Source: Vulcanimicrobiota bacterium
GTDB lineage: Bacteria > Vulcanimicrobiota > Vulcanimicrobiia > Eremiobacterales > Eremiobacteraceae
Assembly (NCBI GenBank): GCA_963805945.1
Contig: CAWDVP010000002.1
Location: forward strand, 576,001-640,000
Direction: 5' to 3'
DNA: 64,000 bases
This document shows positions 29,693 through 39,780 of this stretch, piece by piece. Position numbers and translations under genes: made by a program. Within the stretch, counting starts at the first letter, position 1. The number at the start of each line of letters is the position of its first letter. A model generated the notes under the pieces. It was given only the letters and a program-made list of their open reading frames with translations. It did not search any database and was not told the DNA's origin.

Positions 29693-30004
29693 CTAGCTCG
29701 TGAAGATGATCTTGTCGCAGTAGCGAACGCCGAGCTGCTGGTGGTAGACGATCTTCACGTGTCTGCCCGGCTTGACGGACTGCATCTGATATGTCGTCTT
29801 GCCGTCATCTGAAAAGACCTGGTCGAACGACGGCGCGAGCAGGAAGCTAAGCTCCTTGCCGTTGCTGTTCTTCACCTTGATGTTGCTCGTCGAGACGTGC
29901 GTCACGGTGCCGTAATATGTGTCGGCGAGCGCCGGCGACGCGCTCGTGGCGATAACCGCTCCGGTGATGGCCAAGGCGATGCCGAGAACTGCGAATGCGC
30001 GCAT
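29693..30004 (-). CDS. small secreted OB-fold-like protein
   Basis: Signal peptide ending ALA-D; GAAGGAG RBS upstream. Confidence 0.6.
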   Translation of the reverse strand: MRAFAVLGIALAITGAVIATSASPALADTYYGTVTHVSTSNIKVKNSNGKELSFLLAPSFDQVFSDDGKTTYQMQSVKPGRHVKIVYHQQLGVRYCDKIIFTS

Positions 30005-30017
30005 GGGGCTGCTCCTT

Positions 30018-30712
30018 CTAGCGAAGGCCGCCGATGTGCTTGGGCGGCCAGAACACAAAGAACGCGTGGCCGACGAAGTGGTCGCGCCGCAGGAATCCCC
30101 ACAGGTGTCCGTCGTCTGAATCGTTGCGGTTGTCTCCTAACATAAGATAGTACCCATTGGGAACCCTGTCCGGCGCCTGCCAGGCCGATTGGGAGGGACC
30201 TGCGCGCGATGCGGGTCGAGCGGGATGCCGTCCACCCAGATCGTAGTCCTTGATCTCAAGCTCGTAATCGGGGCGCTGCGCCCTTCGGGCATGATACGGC
30301 TCGACGAGCTTTGCCGTTGCGATACACGTCGCCATTGTGGATGCGGATATTGTCGCCGGGCTGCAGCCATGATGCGCTTGATGAAGTCGGTCGTGCCGAG
30401 CTGCGGCGGCGGCTCGAAAACGGCGATCTGGCCGTCCTGCGGTGCTGAGACCCGATACTGGATCTCGTTGGCCAGCAGCACGTCGTGGATGTTGAGCGTC
30501 GGCAGCATCGACCCCGACGGGATCCAGAACGTGCGCACGACGAACTGCATGAGCAAGAGCGCCACGATGCCCGCGATGAGGAACGCGTCGAGGTACTCGC
30601 TTGGCGACGTTGCGCTGCTTCTCGTTCGGCGATGACGGCGGGCCAGAGCCCAGAATGACCGCGCGGGCAACGGCAGAATGCCCATGATGGTGCCGAGGAT
30701 GACTGGACTCAT
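30018..30712 (-). CDS. lepB: signal peptidase I (paralog 1), frameshifted in this sequence
   Basis: [10 protein letters not shown] and DFIKR in one frame, [11 protein letters not shown] in another; follows rplS. Confidence 0.8.
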
Positions 30713-30723
30713 CCGAGCCGTGA

Positions 30724-31070
30724 CTATTTCTTTTCTTTGATGCGGGTGGCTTTGCTGCCGACGCGATCCTGGAGATAGAAGAGCTTCGCGCGCCGCACGA
30801 GGCCGCGGCGCAGCACTTCGATCTTCTCGACGCTTCGGCGAATGGATGAGGAACGAGCGCTCGACGCCCACGCCATGCGCGATGCGGCGGACCGTGAAGG
30901 TGGCTTGGCCAGCCGCCGTGCTTGCGCTCGGTGATGACGCCCTCGAAGACCTGGATGCGTTCTTTGTTGCCTTCGGTGACGCGCGAGTGCACCTTCACCG
31001 TGTCGCCGGACGCGAAATCGACGCTGCGTTTCTTGGCGTGGCCGTCGCCGACCAGGCTGGCGAGATTCAT
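30724..31070 (-). CDS. rplS: 50S ribosomal protein L19, frameshifted in this sequence
   Basis: [43 protein letters not shown] spread over different frames. Confidence 0.88.
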
Positions 31071-31265
31071 GATGATGTGTCCTCTACAGGGCCGCGAAAA
31101 AGGCGTCGGCCTACATTCTTTGAGGCCCGACGCCGCAGCCGATCACAAAAGCCTAAATGCGAACGGAAACCAGTATAACACAAGGCCGCGGCGGGCTTCA
31201 AGCCTCGGACTGCGAGGTGCAGCAGGAGCGTCCTTGCGTCCGCCTCGTGGGACGAAATCGACCGG

Positions 31266-31844
31266 TCACGGCAGCAAAGGCTGTACGGGGCGCGCGTTCA
31301 TCGGAAACACCTGTCGGAATCGTGCGATCTGTTCCGCCGACACGCTGACCGGTTCGCGCAACACGAGCCAGCGCACGTCGTCCGTGTAGGGCGGCATCGT
31401 CCGCGACCCGACATACTCGAAGTACACCATAGACACGGGCAGCAGGCCGCGCAGGTCGACGCTGACGCCGGGGATGGTGGCCTCTGCCGTGATGCCAGGG
31501 GGAAGCGCAGCCCAGATCGGCTCGAGCGCTTCGTTTGCCCCACCGGGTTCGAAGAACACCCCGAGCACCGCGAGCTCGCCCGCCGCGTCCTGGTGCACGA
31601 TGTGCAGCTCCAGCGGGTACGCGCGCCCGCCGATCGTATGCTCGGCCGGCGTGTGGAAGTGGAATTGGACGACCTCGTACGCGCGGCCGTTGATCGTCAT
31701 CCGGCTGCCCGGCGCGTGGTTGACCTGCACGGTGAGCCCGTCGTTGAGGATGCGCAAGGGCGTCGGCTGATACGCGAGCGCAAGGTCGCCGAGCTTCGCC
31801 TGGATCGGGTGGACGATGTCGATCGGGGATTGCTGCTTTTCCAG
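31266..31844 (-). CDS. alpha-carbonic anhydrase, apparently without signal peptide
   Basis: QSPIDI, QFHFH, EH, ELHIVH, GSRTMPP..VRW, NARPVQP. Start uncertain (CTG at 31844 after GAGG). Confidence 0.8.
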   Translation of the reverse strand: MEKQQSPIDIVHPIQAKLGDLALAYQPTPLRILNDGLTVQVNHAPGSRMTINGRAYEVVQFHFHTPAEHTIGGRAYPLELHIVHQDAAGELAVLGVFFEPGGANEALEPIWAALPPGITAEATIPGVSVDLRGLLPVSMVYFEYVGSRTMPPYTDDVRWLVLREPVSVSAEQIARFRQVFPMNARPVQPLLP

Positions 31845-31855
31845 TGCCTGCGTCC

Positions 31856-32559
31856 TCAGTCGCTCTTCGTCTTCGGTGCGGTGTGCCGAGGTCGGGTCGC
31901 CGCGTCTCAGTGCGCGCGCGCGCCTGCTCGAGCCGCCACGCGTCGATCTTCGCATGATCGCCGGAGAGCAGCACTTCTGGCACGGCCTTGTCGCGGAAGA
32001 CCGCGGGTCGCGTGTAGTGCGGCCAGTCGAGCGCGCCGCTGGCGAACGAGTCGGCCTCGGCGCTGCCCGCGGTGATGGCCCCCGGAAGCAGCCGCACGCA
32101 CGCGTCGACGAACGCGAGCGCGGGGATCTCACCGCCGGTGAGCACGAAATCGCCGAGCGAGACCTCCTGCGCCGGCACGAGATCGAAGAGCCGCTCGTCG
32201 ATGCCTTCGTAGTGACCGCAGATGACGATGAGACGCGAGAGCCGCGTCCATGCGCTCGCCATCGCGTGGTCGAAGCGCGCGCCCGCCGGCGACGGCACGA
32301 TGATCGTGCAGTCCTCGGGCACGGCCAGCTGCGGGCCGAGCAGTTCTTCAAGACACGCCACCAGCGGTCCGAGCCGCATCACCATGCCCGGCCCGCCGCC
32401 ATAGGGCGCGTCGTCGGCGCGCTCGCCTTCGGGCACGTAGTCCCACAGGTCGTGGACGCGGATCTCCACCAGCCCCTTGGCCTCCGCGCGTCCGAGGATG
32501 CTGCCGGAGAAGATAGGCTCGAGAAAGCCGCGAAAAAGCGTCACGATGTCGATGCGCAT
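31856..32559 (-). CDS. trmD: tRNA (guanine-N1)-methyltransferase; 3' end probably affected by an indel
   Basis: MRIDIVTLF, DDAPYGGGPGMVM, CGHYEGIDER, SLGDFVLTGGE, PHYTRP, RRPDL. No in-frame stop at the expected position; TGA at 31856 lies in another frame. Confidence 0.9.
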
Positions 32560-33025
32560 GGGGCCGAGCCGTTTTCGCAAGAGCCCGCCCACGCCCTTCG
32601 AGCTCGGGCTGGAAGCGTACGCCGGACGGCGCTACGAAGAAGCCATCAATTACTTCAGCGCCGCGACCTCAGGCGACAAGGCCGCCGAGGCGTTCTCAAA
32701 ACGCGGCGTGTGCAAACTGCGCCTGCGCGACCCTATCGGGGCTGCGGCGGACTTCGAAGCCGCGTTGGCGGTCGATCCTCGCTGCGCGCAAGCGCTCACC
32801 AACCTCGGCAACCTTGCGTTAGTGGCCGATAGGCTCGACGAGGCGCGGACGCGCTTCGAAGCCGCGATCGCGGCGGATCCGGCCTACCCGCTCGCGCACC
32901 ACAACTACGCCGTGCTGTTGCGCCGCGAAGGCAAGCTGCCCGAATCCGTGCGCGAGCTGCGCCTGGCGGGCAAGCTGGAGGGCGGTTCGATATGGGAGTG
33001 GCTGACCGGGAAACGCCGGCGCTGA
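32558..33025 (+). CDS. TPR repeat protein
   Basis: Several TPR-like units (AFSKRGV..AAADFEAALAVDP, ALTNLGN, AHHNYAV). Confidence 0.8.
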   Translation: MGPSRFRKSPPTPFELGLEAYAGRRYEEAINYFSAATSGDKAAEAFSKRGVCKLRLRDPIGAAADFEAALAVDPRCAQALTNLGNLALVADRLDEARTRFEAAIAADPAYPLAHHNYAVLLRREGKLPESVRELRLAGKLEGGSIWEWLTGKRRR

Positions 33026-33063
33026 GGCCGCAACAAGCGTCGCCGGCGAAACGTTTCTCTGCC

Positions 33064-34870
33064 ATGCGAGGGGCTACTGCATTCGCCCGATCGTTCGTTC
33101 TCGTCGCCCTGCTCACCGGCGGCGTCATCGTCTCGTGGACGCCTATGCCCGCCGGCGGCGCCGGCGTGCCCAGCGGGCCGGCGCCGATCGTGTCCACTCC
33201 CAAACCGTCGCCGTCGCCGACCGCCACCAGCACGCCGCCGTTCGGCGCGCTGCACGCACCGCTCTTGCACGCCGCGCATATCTACGTCAGCGAGGGCAGC
33301 TACGTGCTTGACAAGAGCTACATCGGCGGGCCGATAGACTGCGGCACGGCGCCTGCCAAATGGGGCGGCGCCATGAAAGCCAATCTGCGCGCCGGCTACA
33401 CCAGCGAAAAGGCCTATATCCAGGAGAAAGACGCCTTCGCTTCTCCGGTGCTCATCGGCTTCGTACCGGAGACGACGGGACCGAGCCTGCATCAACTTCA
33501 CCGTCAACGTCGGCCACTACGGCGGCGACAAAGCGGCGTCCGCGTTCTTCATCACCGCGCGCCACAACCTCGGCGGCGCGCTGATCTGCGTCACCTCCAT
33601 CAGCGGCACGCTGGCCAGCGGCGAGGTCGGCGTTTCGAATAGCGGCGCGCCCGTGCTGAATCCCGATCAGTGCGCCGCGCTGCCGGTCTTCGTGCCGTCG
33701 ACGACCTCGTTCTCACCGGAGCTGGTGCGGCCGGCCATCAACCCCGTCCAGACGCCGTCGCATGGCCTGGCGGTTGCGCCGGCGCTGTCGAAAGCGGCGA
33801 CGCCGTACGATCTGAATATCACCAACGATCTCCCGACGTGCACGCAGCACACCGGCGATCAGAACGTATGCGGATTCGACATCGTCAACGCGCGCGCGAT
33901 CATGATCTGGGCCGCGGGGACGAGTTGCGGCACATGGAAATTCTGCACCACGCACGTCGCTGGTTTTCGCATCTACAACGTGCCGCGCAGCATACCCAAG
34001 ACGAGCGTGCCACCGCCGAACACCATCGAGCTGAGCCCACCGGCGGTCAACAACAGCGTTGCGTCGACCGTCCACGCCACGCCGACGCCCAACCCGGCTG
34101 TTATGCAGATGCATCCCCTCATGACGCGCACACTCGTCGCGACGGTGACCGACCCAGACCACAAGGGCGGCATCGCGACAGCCGCCGGCGTCTACTCGAG
34201 CTACGTCAAGACAGGGCAGTGCTTCGTCGTGGTCGCGTATCTGCCCAGCGGTGACGAATCCGATGACAGCCCGCAGTACTGCGTCGCCGGTCCCGTCAAA
34301 GTCGGGCCGCTGATCCTCGATCTCACGCCGTCCGTCCTTGTCACTGCGTACGGCCACGGGAACGGATGCAGCGCCGCCGCGCCTTTCGCGCACCCCGGCG
34401 GTTCGGTGCTCGTCGGCTACTCGGTGACGCCAGGCACGAACGACAACCCTTCGGGCTACCGCTGCCGCCAGAACGAGGGTCTGATGAAGTTCGACTTGAG
34501 CGGCATCTCGCCGCCGCTGGTGTACAAGGCGACGCTCGCGTTCAAGAACCTCCAGAACTACAAAACCGACGGTAGCATCTACTCCTCGCCGGGCGAGTGC
34601 GTGCCAGAGTTCAACAACACCTCAGACGATTGGGCCAGCGGTGCGACCGACCCGCGGGCCGGACTTGTGAAACATGGCGACCCGATCACGGGCGTGGGTG
34701 CCCTGGGATATAACACCGTCGATGTGACGGCGGCGGTCAACGCCATGCTGGGAAGCGGCGTCAACGACGGCTTCGTGATGCACACCACCGATTGGAACGG
34801 CCCCGGCTCGAATTGCTTCACCGCTTACGGCGACTTCCACCTTACCATCACCGCCTATGGCGGCCATTGA
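33064..34870 (+). CDS. large secreted Cys- and Pro/Thr-rich protein, one frameshift near 33485
   Basis: Signal peptide and P/T linker in ORF 32992-33642; from about 33485 the coding-like frame is continuous with ORF 33653-34870. Confidence 0.6.
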
Positions 34871-35350
34871 CTAGCGTTTCGTCGGCTCGAGCACCTCGAC
34901 CACGTCGGCCTTCTTGATGTCCTCGAGATATTCGAACAATTGCGGCAGCGAGATGCGCTCGAGCGCGTTGCGCTTGGGAGCTTTGCCCTCTTCGCCTTCG
35001 TCGCGCATGTAATAGCGGACGTCGAAGTCACCTTGCTCCTCGGTGTAGAAGGCGACCGCGTAGCCCTTGCCCTCGTCGTAGATGCGCAGGGCGTGCGGGT
35101 TGACGATCTCGATCGAATGGGCGGGATGATCGCCGTCGAAAAGCGTGACGATGAGCTCGTTGGCGCCGCTCACGTCGGCTTGCCCGAGCAGGAAGACGTT
35201 CTTGACCGAGAACAGCTGGCGCGTGCGCCGATGGCGCGCGGACATCTCATAGAAGACGTAATGGTGCACGAAGCGCGCCAATATCTTCTTGAGCGTGGCC
35301 AGCGACGCGACCGGGTCTTCGCGCTGCCCTTTGGTGTAGAATATCTTCAA
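34871..35350 (-). CDS. hypothetical protein
   Basis: Host-like codon usage; start placed at TTG 35350 (uncertain). Confidence 0.6.
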   Translation of the reverse strand: MKIFYTKGQREDPVASLATLKKILARFVHHYVFYEMSARHRRTRQLFSVKNVFLLGQADVSGANELIVTLFDGDHPAHSIEIVNPHALRIYDEGKGYAVAFYTEEQGDFDVRYYMRDEGEEGKAPKRNALERISLPQLFEYLEDIKKADVVEVLEPTKR

Positions 35351-35460
35351 GAGAGCCGCCCAGAAAGTGAGATATCCGAGAGAAAGCCGGACGCAAGCGG
35401 TCGGCCCACCAGGGACGGGGAGCTGCCTTCCCAAACTTTGTCCAACATCACGGGAAAACC

Positions 35461-35799
35461 ATGCTGAGCCCATCTGACACCATCATCGTGTTCGTCGTCG
35501 CGCTGCTGCTCTTCGGCCCGGAACATCTGCCGAAGGTCGCCCGCCAGCTCGGTGACGCGATGCGTCAGGTGCAGAACACGACCAGCACGTTCATGGCGGA
35601 GATGGACCGGGCGGCCGCGGCCGCCGAGCACCCGACGCAGTCGACGTGGAGCCCGCCGCCGGACGAGCCTGTTCCCGTGCCCGAGCTGCCGCCGCATCCG
35701 GATATCGAACACGCACTGCCGGGAAGCGATCTGCGCGCCGAAGACGCCGCCGATCTGCCGGCCCTGGACGTCAAGCCGAACGAGCAGTCAGCGCCCTGA
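35461..35799 (+). CDS. twin-arginine translocase TatA/TatB subunit
   Basis: VVALLLFGPEHLPKVARQLG. Confidence 0.85.
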   Translation: MLSPSDTIIVFVVALLLFGPEHLPKVARQLGDAMRQVQNTTSTFMAEMDRAAAAAEHPTQSTWSPPPDEPVPVPELPPHPDIEHALPGSDLRAEDAADLPALDVKPNEQSAP

Positions 35800-36366
35800 C
35801 ATGCCGTAGAGCCGGCGCCACAGCGTGATCACCTTCATCACGTAGTTCTGGGTCTCGTCGTACGGCGGTATGCCGTGGTAACGGTCGACTGCGCCCGAAC
35901 CCGCATTGTACGCCGCGATGGCGCGCTCGTATTGCTCTTGCGGGTCGAGGCCCGAGTAGTGCTCGAGGTTGCCTTTGAGTGTGAGCACCGTGCCGTGGAT
36001 GTTCTGATCGATGTTCTCGACGTCGGTGACGTTGTCGAGCGCAGCCGTGCTCGGCATGAGCTGCCCCAGGCCGCGTGCGCCGGCCGAGCTGCGCGCCGTC
36101 GGATCGAACGAGCTCTCGGTCGCGACGACGGCGACGACGAGCACCGGGTCGACCTTCTCGGTCCAGCTCTCGCGCAGGATGGCGCTGACCATCTCGCGCG
36201 CCTCCGGTTCGTCGACGCTCGGATTGAAATAGCGGATCGCCTCGACATAAGCGGATTGCTCAGCGGGGGTGAGCGGTCGGGGCTTGTGGAGATCGGCTGC
36301 GGCCGGCCGTGCGACGCTTACGGTCACGAGCACGGCGAGCAGCGTGTAGAGCACTCTGCGCATCAT
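35788..36366 (-). CDS. lytic transglycosylase (SLT domain)
   Basis: AVVATESSF, SSAGARGLGQLMP, AAYNAG, IPPYDETQNYV. Confidence 0.9.
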   Translation of the reverse strand: MMRRVLYTLLAVLVTVSVARPAAADLHKPRPLTPAEQSAYVEAIRYFNPSVDEPEAREMVSAILRESWTEKVDPVLVVAVVATESSFDPTARSSAGARGLGQLMPSTAALDNVTDVENIDQNIHGTVLTLKGNLEHYSGLDPQEQYERAIAAYNAGSGAVDRYHGIPPYDETQNYVMKVITLWRRLYGMSGR

Positions 36367-36485
36367 GAAGATTATCGGCAGATCTTCCTCCCGTCCCTGT
36401 TCGCCCAGGGAAAGCGCCTTAAACCAGCCGTAAGGAGAACGCAAGGTCGCTTGGTTTCCAAAGCGGCCTCGGAGGGCGATGTCGG

Positions 36486-37222
36486 GTGCTCATCACTGTG
36501 CTTCTTCGCGTGCTGCCATTTATCGCGTCTGTCGCGATCGCGACTCCGACGGTGGCCACGCCCACGCCGGCGCCGATGGGCATGCTCCGAGAAGTGACAT
36601 ATAAAGTCACATGGAGTTCGCTCAGGACCGGGGGCATATCGTCTCGTACGGGGGTCTCTCTCAAGGCCAAGCAGGGCAAGCTGATCACGGCACGGTCGTC
36701 GTCGACGTCATCGCGATCCAAGACAAAAACCTCGGGGTCGAGGTCACGGAGACGATGTGGCGGGGCGGCGGTCCTTTCACGTTCAAGGGCATCATCTCGC
36801 CGGAGGGCATCGTCACATTTCCAGCGGAATCGATCTCGGAAGTCAGCCGGGAGTTGCTGCCGTATTTCGCCACGGACCTCATTCCGCCGGGCGCCGACCT
36901 CACTCCCGGATCAGGATGGAAGAGCGTTCTCGACACCCGTGCACCGAGCGGCCGTAGCGCGGCCCTGCACGATCAATACACGGTGACAAAAGTTGAGGGC
37001 GATCTCCTCACCGTGCGCAAGGTCGAAAACGCTAGCTTCACCGGCGGCGGCGCCACGACGACGTCGGATGGGACCGTTGTCTTGAAGCCGGCGCTCCTCG
37101 TTCCGATCAGGGGAAATATACGTAAGGTGATAGACCAATATACCGGGCAACTCGGCTACAAAGTGGAACTCACCATGACCTTCGAGCGCGTGTCGGACAC
37201 GCGCGACGTGCCCGCGAAATAG
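36486..37222 (+). CDS. secreted hypothetical protein, frameshift near 36630 (G-run)
   Basis: GGAGG RBS and signal/PT linker in ORF 36486; body continues in ORF 36611-37222. Confidence 0.55.
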
Positions 37223-37477
37223 CTAGAACTTGAACTGGGAGCGGACTTCGCTGACGCGTTCCTCGACGAACTTGGTCACCGTCTTGCGCAGCGCTTCGCG
37301 ATGCTCTTCCTCAAGCCGGTTATAGATGACGTAGCCCGCGGTCGCCAGCACGGCGCCGATGACGCCGGCGACCAAGGCACCTCGCATCTCGCTCGAGCCG
37401 TCGTCGGGTAGTTGTCGGCCTGGATTGCTGCTGCTGCCGTTCGGCAGGGCGGCGTCCTTGTTGGTCATCGAATCCAT
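37223..37477 (-). CDS. small single-TM protein (YtxH-like)
   Basis: GALVAGVIGAVLATAGYVIY plus helical tail; AAAGGAG RBS. Confidence 0.65.
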   Translation of the reverse strand: MDSMTNKDAALPNGSSSNPGRQLPDDGSSEMRGALVAGVIGAVLATAGYVIYNRLEEEHREALRKTVTKFVEERVSEVRSQFKF

Positions 37478-37479
37478 GA

Positions 37480-37878
37480 TCAGGCTCCTTTGCGGGGTTT
37501 GGGCTTTTCCGCGCCGCGACGGCGCGCCCCTGTGCTACTGGTGGTCACGGTCAGATAGCGTGGGTACGAGCGAGCGATCGCACGCAAGCCGGACAGCGTG
37601 GTCTCCAGCACCGCCTGGGCGCGGGCGTTGCCGCCGCCGGCGAGGCGTATGGTGTAGGCGTCGGCATCGTCCTCGATGTGGGCCGCCGCCGCGCAATGGC
37701 GCACGATGCCGTACGCCGCCGTCAGGACGAGCGCGCTCACCGCGGCGCACACGATGTCGTCGCCGACGGACGCGAAACCGGCGTGGCCGGTCACCTCGAG
37801 GCTGACGATCGCGCCGGCCTGGCGCTGTGCGGCGACGCGGAGGCTTCGGTCGGACTTCTTAGAGGGTGATCTTCTCAA
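37480..37878 (-). CDS. prp: ribosomal-processing cysteine protease Prp (YsxB/DUF464)
   Basis: GHA..GDDIVCAAVSAL catalytic His/Cys motif; directly after rplU. Confidence 0.85.
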   Translation of the reverse strand: MRRSPSKKSDRSLRVAAQRQAGAIVSLEVTGHAGFASVGDDIVCAAVSALVLTAAYGIVRHCAAAAHIEDDADAYTIRLAGGGNARAQAVLETTLSGLRAIARSYPRYLTVTTSSTGARRRGAEKPKPRKGA

Positions 37879-38170
37879 TGCGCAGCTCGGTGATCGGCTG
37901 CCGGTGCCCGTTGCGCTTTCGGATGCGCTTCTTCGGCTTGTAATGGAAGACCATGATCTTGCGGTCTTTGCCCTGGCGGAGCACCCGTGCGCTCACCTTC
38001 GCGCTGCCCAGCAGGGGCGATCCGAGGCGCAGTTCTGAGCCGTCGTGGGCGAGCACGACCTTGTCGAAAACGATGGTGGCATCCGGCTCGCCAGCGATGC
38101 GGTCGATACGGATCACATCTCCTTCAGACACCTTGAACTGACGGCCGTTGGCCTCGAAGACGGCGTACAT
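37859..38170 (-). CDS. rplU: 50S ribosomal protein L21
   Basis: MYAVFEANGRQFKVSEGD..GHRQPITELRIEKI. Confidence 0.95.
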   Translation of the reverse strand: MYAVFEANGRQFKVSEGDVIRIDRIAGEPDATIVFDKVVLAHDGSELRLGSPLLGSAKVSARVLRQGKDRKIMVFHYKPKKRIRKRNGHRQPITELRIEKITL

Positions 38171-38244
38171 GCGTTGTGACCTTCTTAAGAAGCGGAGAGA
38201 GCGATGAAATGGGCTTAAGATTGCATTGCGCGACGCAAAGGGAA

Positions 38245-38338
38245 ATCCTATCACACGACCTTCGTATCAGTCAAACAGTCTTGTCCCGAAGGGCGGATAC
38301 CGAAAACTATTTACAAAAAGTGTTAAATGGCCTAATAT
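38245..38338. promoter_or_regulatory. divergent sigma70-like promoters for rplU (-) and speD (+)
   Basis: Minus strand TTGACT-N18-TAGGAT (38274-38245); plus strand TTTACA-N17-TAATAT (38310-38338). Confidence 0.55.
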
Positions 38339-38431
38339 TCGTACTTGGTACGTGGGACAACCCGCGTCTTGGCAACCCGACCAATGGAGGTGGGCTCTCC
38401 CTGCTCGTTCACCCTGTGGGGGGTCAATTTA

Positions 38432-38869
38432 TTGAACGCACTCGGCACACACATCATCGTCGAACTGTCGGATTGCAACGCCGCGATCCTCAGCGACGTG
38501 GACCGAGTTGAGAACATCCTCGTAGCAGCAGCAAAAGAAGCCAACGCAGAAGTGCTGCAGACCGCTTTCCACCGCTTCACGCCCCAGGGTGTGAGCGGTG
38601 TCGTCGTCATCGCTGAATCACATCTGTCGATCCACACCTGGCCCGAGCTTGGCTATGCGGCTATGGACATCTACACATGCGGCGACAGCACCGATCCCTG
38701 GAAGGCCTGCCGCTACGCGGCCAGCGCGTTCCAGGCGAAGCAGATGCTGACCACGGAAGTGCGCCGCGGAATGCCCAACGAAGAAGGCGTGTACAGCCAC
38801 ACCGTTGGACGCAAGACGTCCGGAGCCGAACCGGTTGCCAAAAACCGAAAACTTTCAGTGGTACGTTGA
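38432..38869 (+). CDS. speD: S-adenosylmethionine decarboxylase proenzyme
   Basis: LGTHIIVEL, GVSGVVVIAESHLSIHTWPE, DIYTCG. Confidence 0.95.
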   Translation: MNALGTHIIVELSDCNAAILSDVDRVENILVAAAKEANAEVLQTAFHRFTPQGVSGVVVIAESHLSIHTWPELGYAAMDIYTCGDSTDPWKACRYAASAFQAKQMLTTEVRRGMPNEEGVYSHTVGRKTSGAEPVAKNRKLSVVR

Positions 38870-39722
38870 GCAAGTCGCCCCAGGCGAGATCCACGGCCAC
38901 GCGCTGACCGCGACGCTGGCGTCGGGCCGCTCCGAGTATCAGACCTACGCGGTCGTCGCCAGCCCCCTCTTCGGAACCATGCTCGTCCTCGATGGCGATA
39001 CGCAAAGCGCCGCCTTGGATGAGTATATCTATCACGAAGCGCTCGTCCACCCCGCCTGCGCCGCCGCGGGTGCGCCGCAGCGTGCGCTGATCCTCGGCGG
39101 CGGCGAGGGCGCGACGCTGCGCGAATTGCTGCGCGTGCCTTCCATGCGCAAAGTCACCATGGTCGACATCGACGGCACCGTCGTCGAGGCGTGCCGCAGA
39201 CACATGCCGGAATGGAGCGCCGGCGCGTTCGAAGATCCGCGCAGCGAGCTTATCATCGGCGACGCCAAGGCCTATATCGAACGCTCGGACGAGCTGTTCG
39301 ACGTCATCATCGGCGATCTCACCGAGCCCGTCGAGGACTCGCCATCCTACGGCCTGCACACGGTGTCCATGTATACCACGATCCGCAAGCGGCTCACGCC
39401 GCAGGGCCTCTACGCGCTGCAGACATCCATGGCGGGGCCACACAATTTCGCGCTGCATGCGCGTATGATCGCGACGCTGAGGGCTGCGTTTCCAAGCGTG
39501 GCGGCGTATTGCGTCTACGTGCCGGCCTTCGACACGGAGTGGGGGCTGGCGCTCTGCGGCGCCAAGGTGGCGGCGCAGACGGACGCGGCGGCGGCCCGGG
39601 CCGACGCGCACGCGGCGGCGTGCGGCGGCTTGCGTTTCTACGACGCCGAGTCGCATCGCGGAATGTTCAACGTGCCGCGCTACCTTCGCGACGCCTATGG
39701 CGCGGCGGTCCCGCTGACCTAG
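38835..39722 (+). CDS. speE: spermidine synthase / polyamine aminopropyltransferase
   Basis: LVLDG..Q..DEYIYHEALVHP, LILGGGEG, VDID, FDVIIGDLTEP. Confidence 0.92.
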   Translation: MPKTENFQWYVEQVAPGEIHGHALTATLASGRSEYQTYAVVASPLFGTMLVLDGDTQSAALDEYIYHEALVHPACAAAGAPQRALILGGGEGATLRELLRVPSMRKVTMVDIDGTVVEACRRHMPEWSAGAFEDPRSELIIGDAKAYIERSDELFDVIIGDLTEPVEDSPSYGLHTVSMYTTIRKRLTPQGLYALQTSMAGPHNFALHARMIATLRAAFPSVAAYCVYVPAFDTEWGLALCGAKVAAQTDAAAARADAHAAACGGLRFYDAESHRGMFNVPRYLRDAYGAAVPLT

Positions 39723-39735
39723 TCTGTCGACGGAT

Positions 39736-39759
39736 GGAGCGGTCGAATTTATTCGACCG
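39736..39759 (+). repeat. REP palindrome, family B
   Basis: GGAG-CGGTCGAAT-TT-ATTCGACCG. Confidence 0.85.
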
Positions 39760-39780
39760 AAGAAGCGCACCTTTGGGTTG

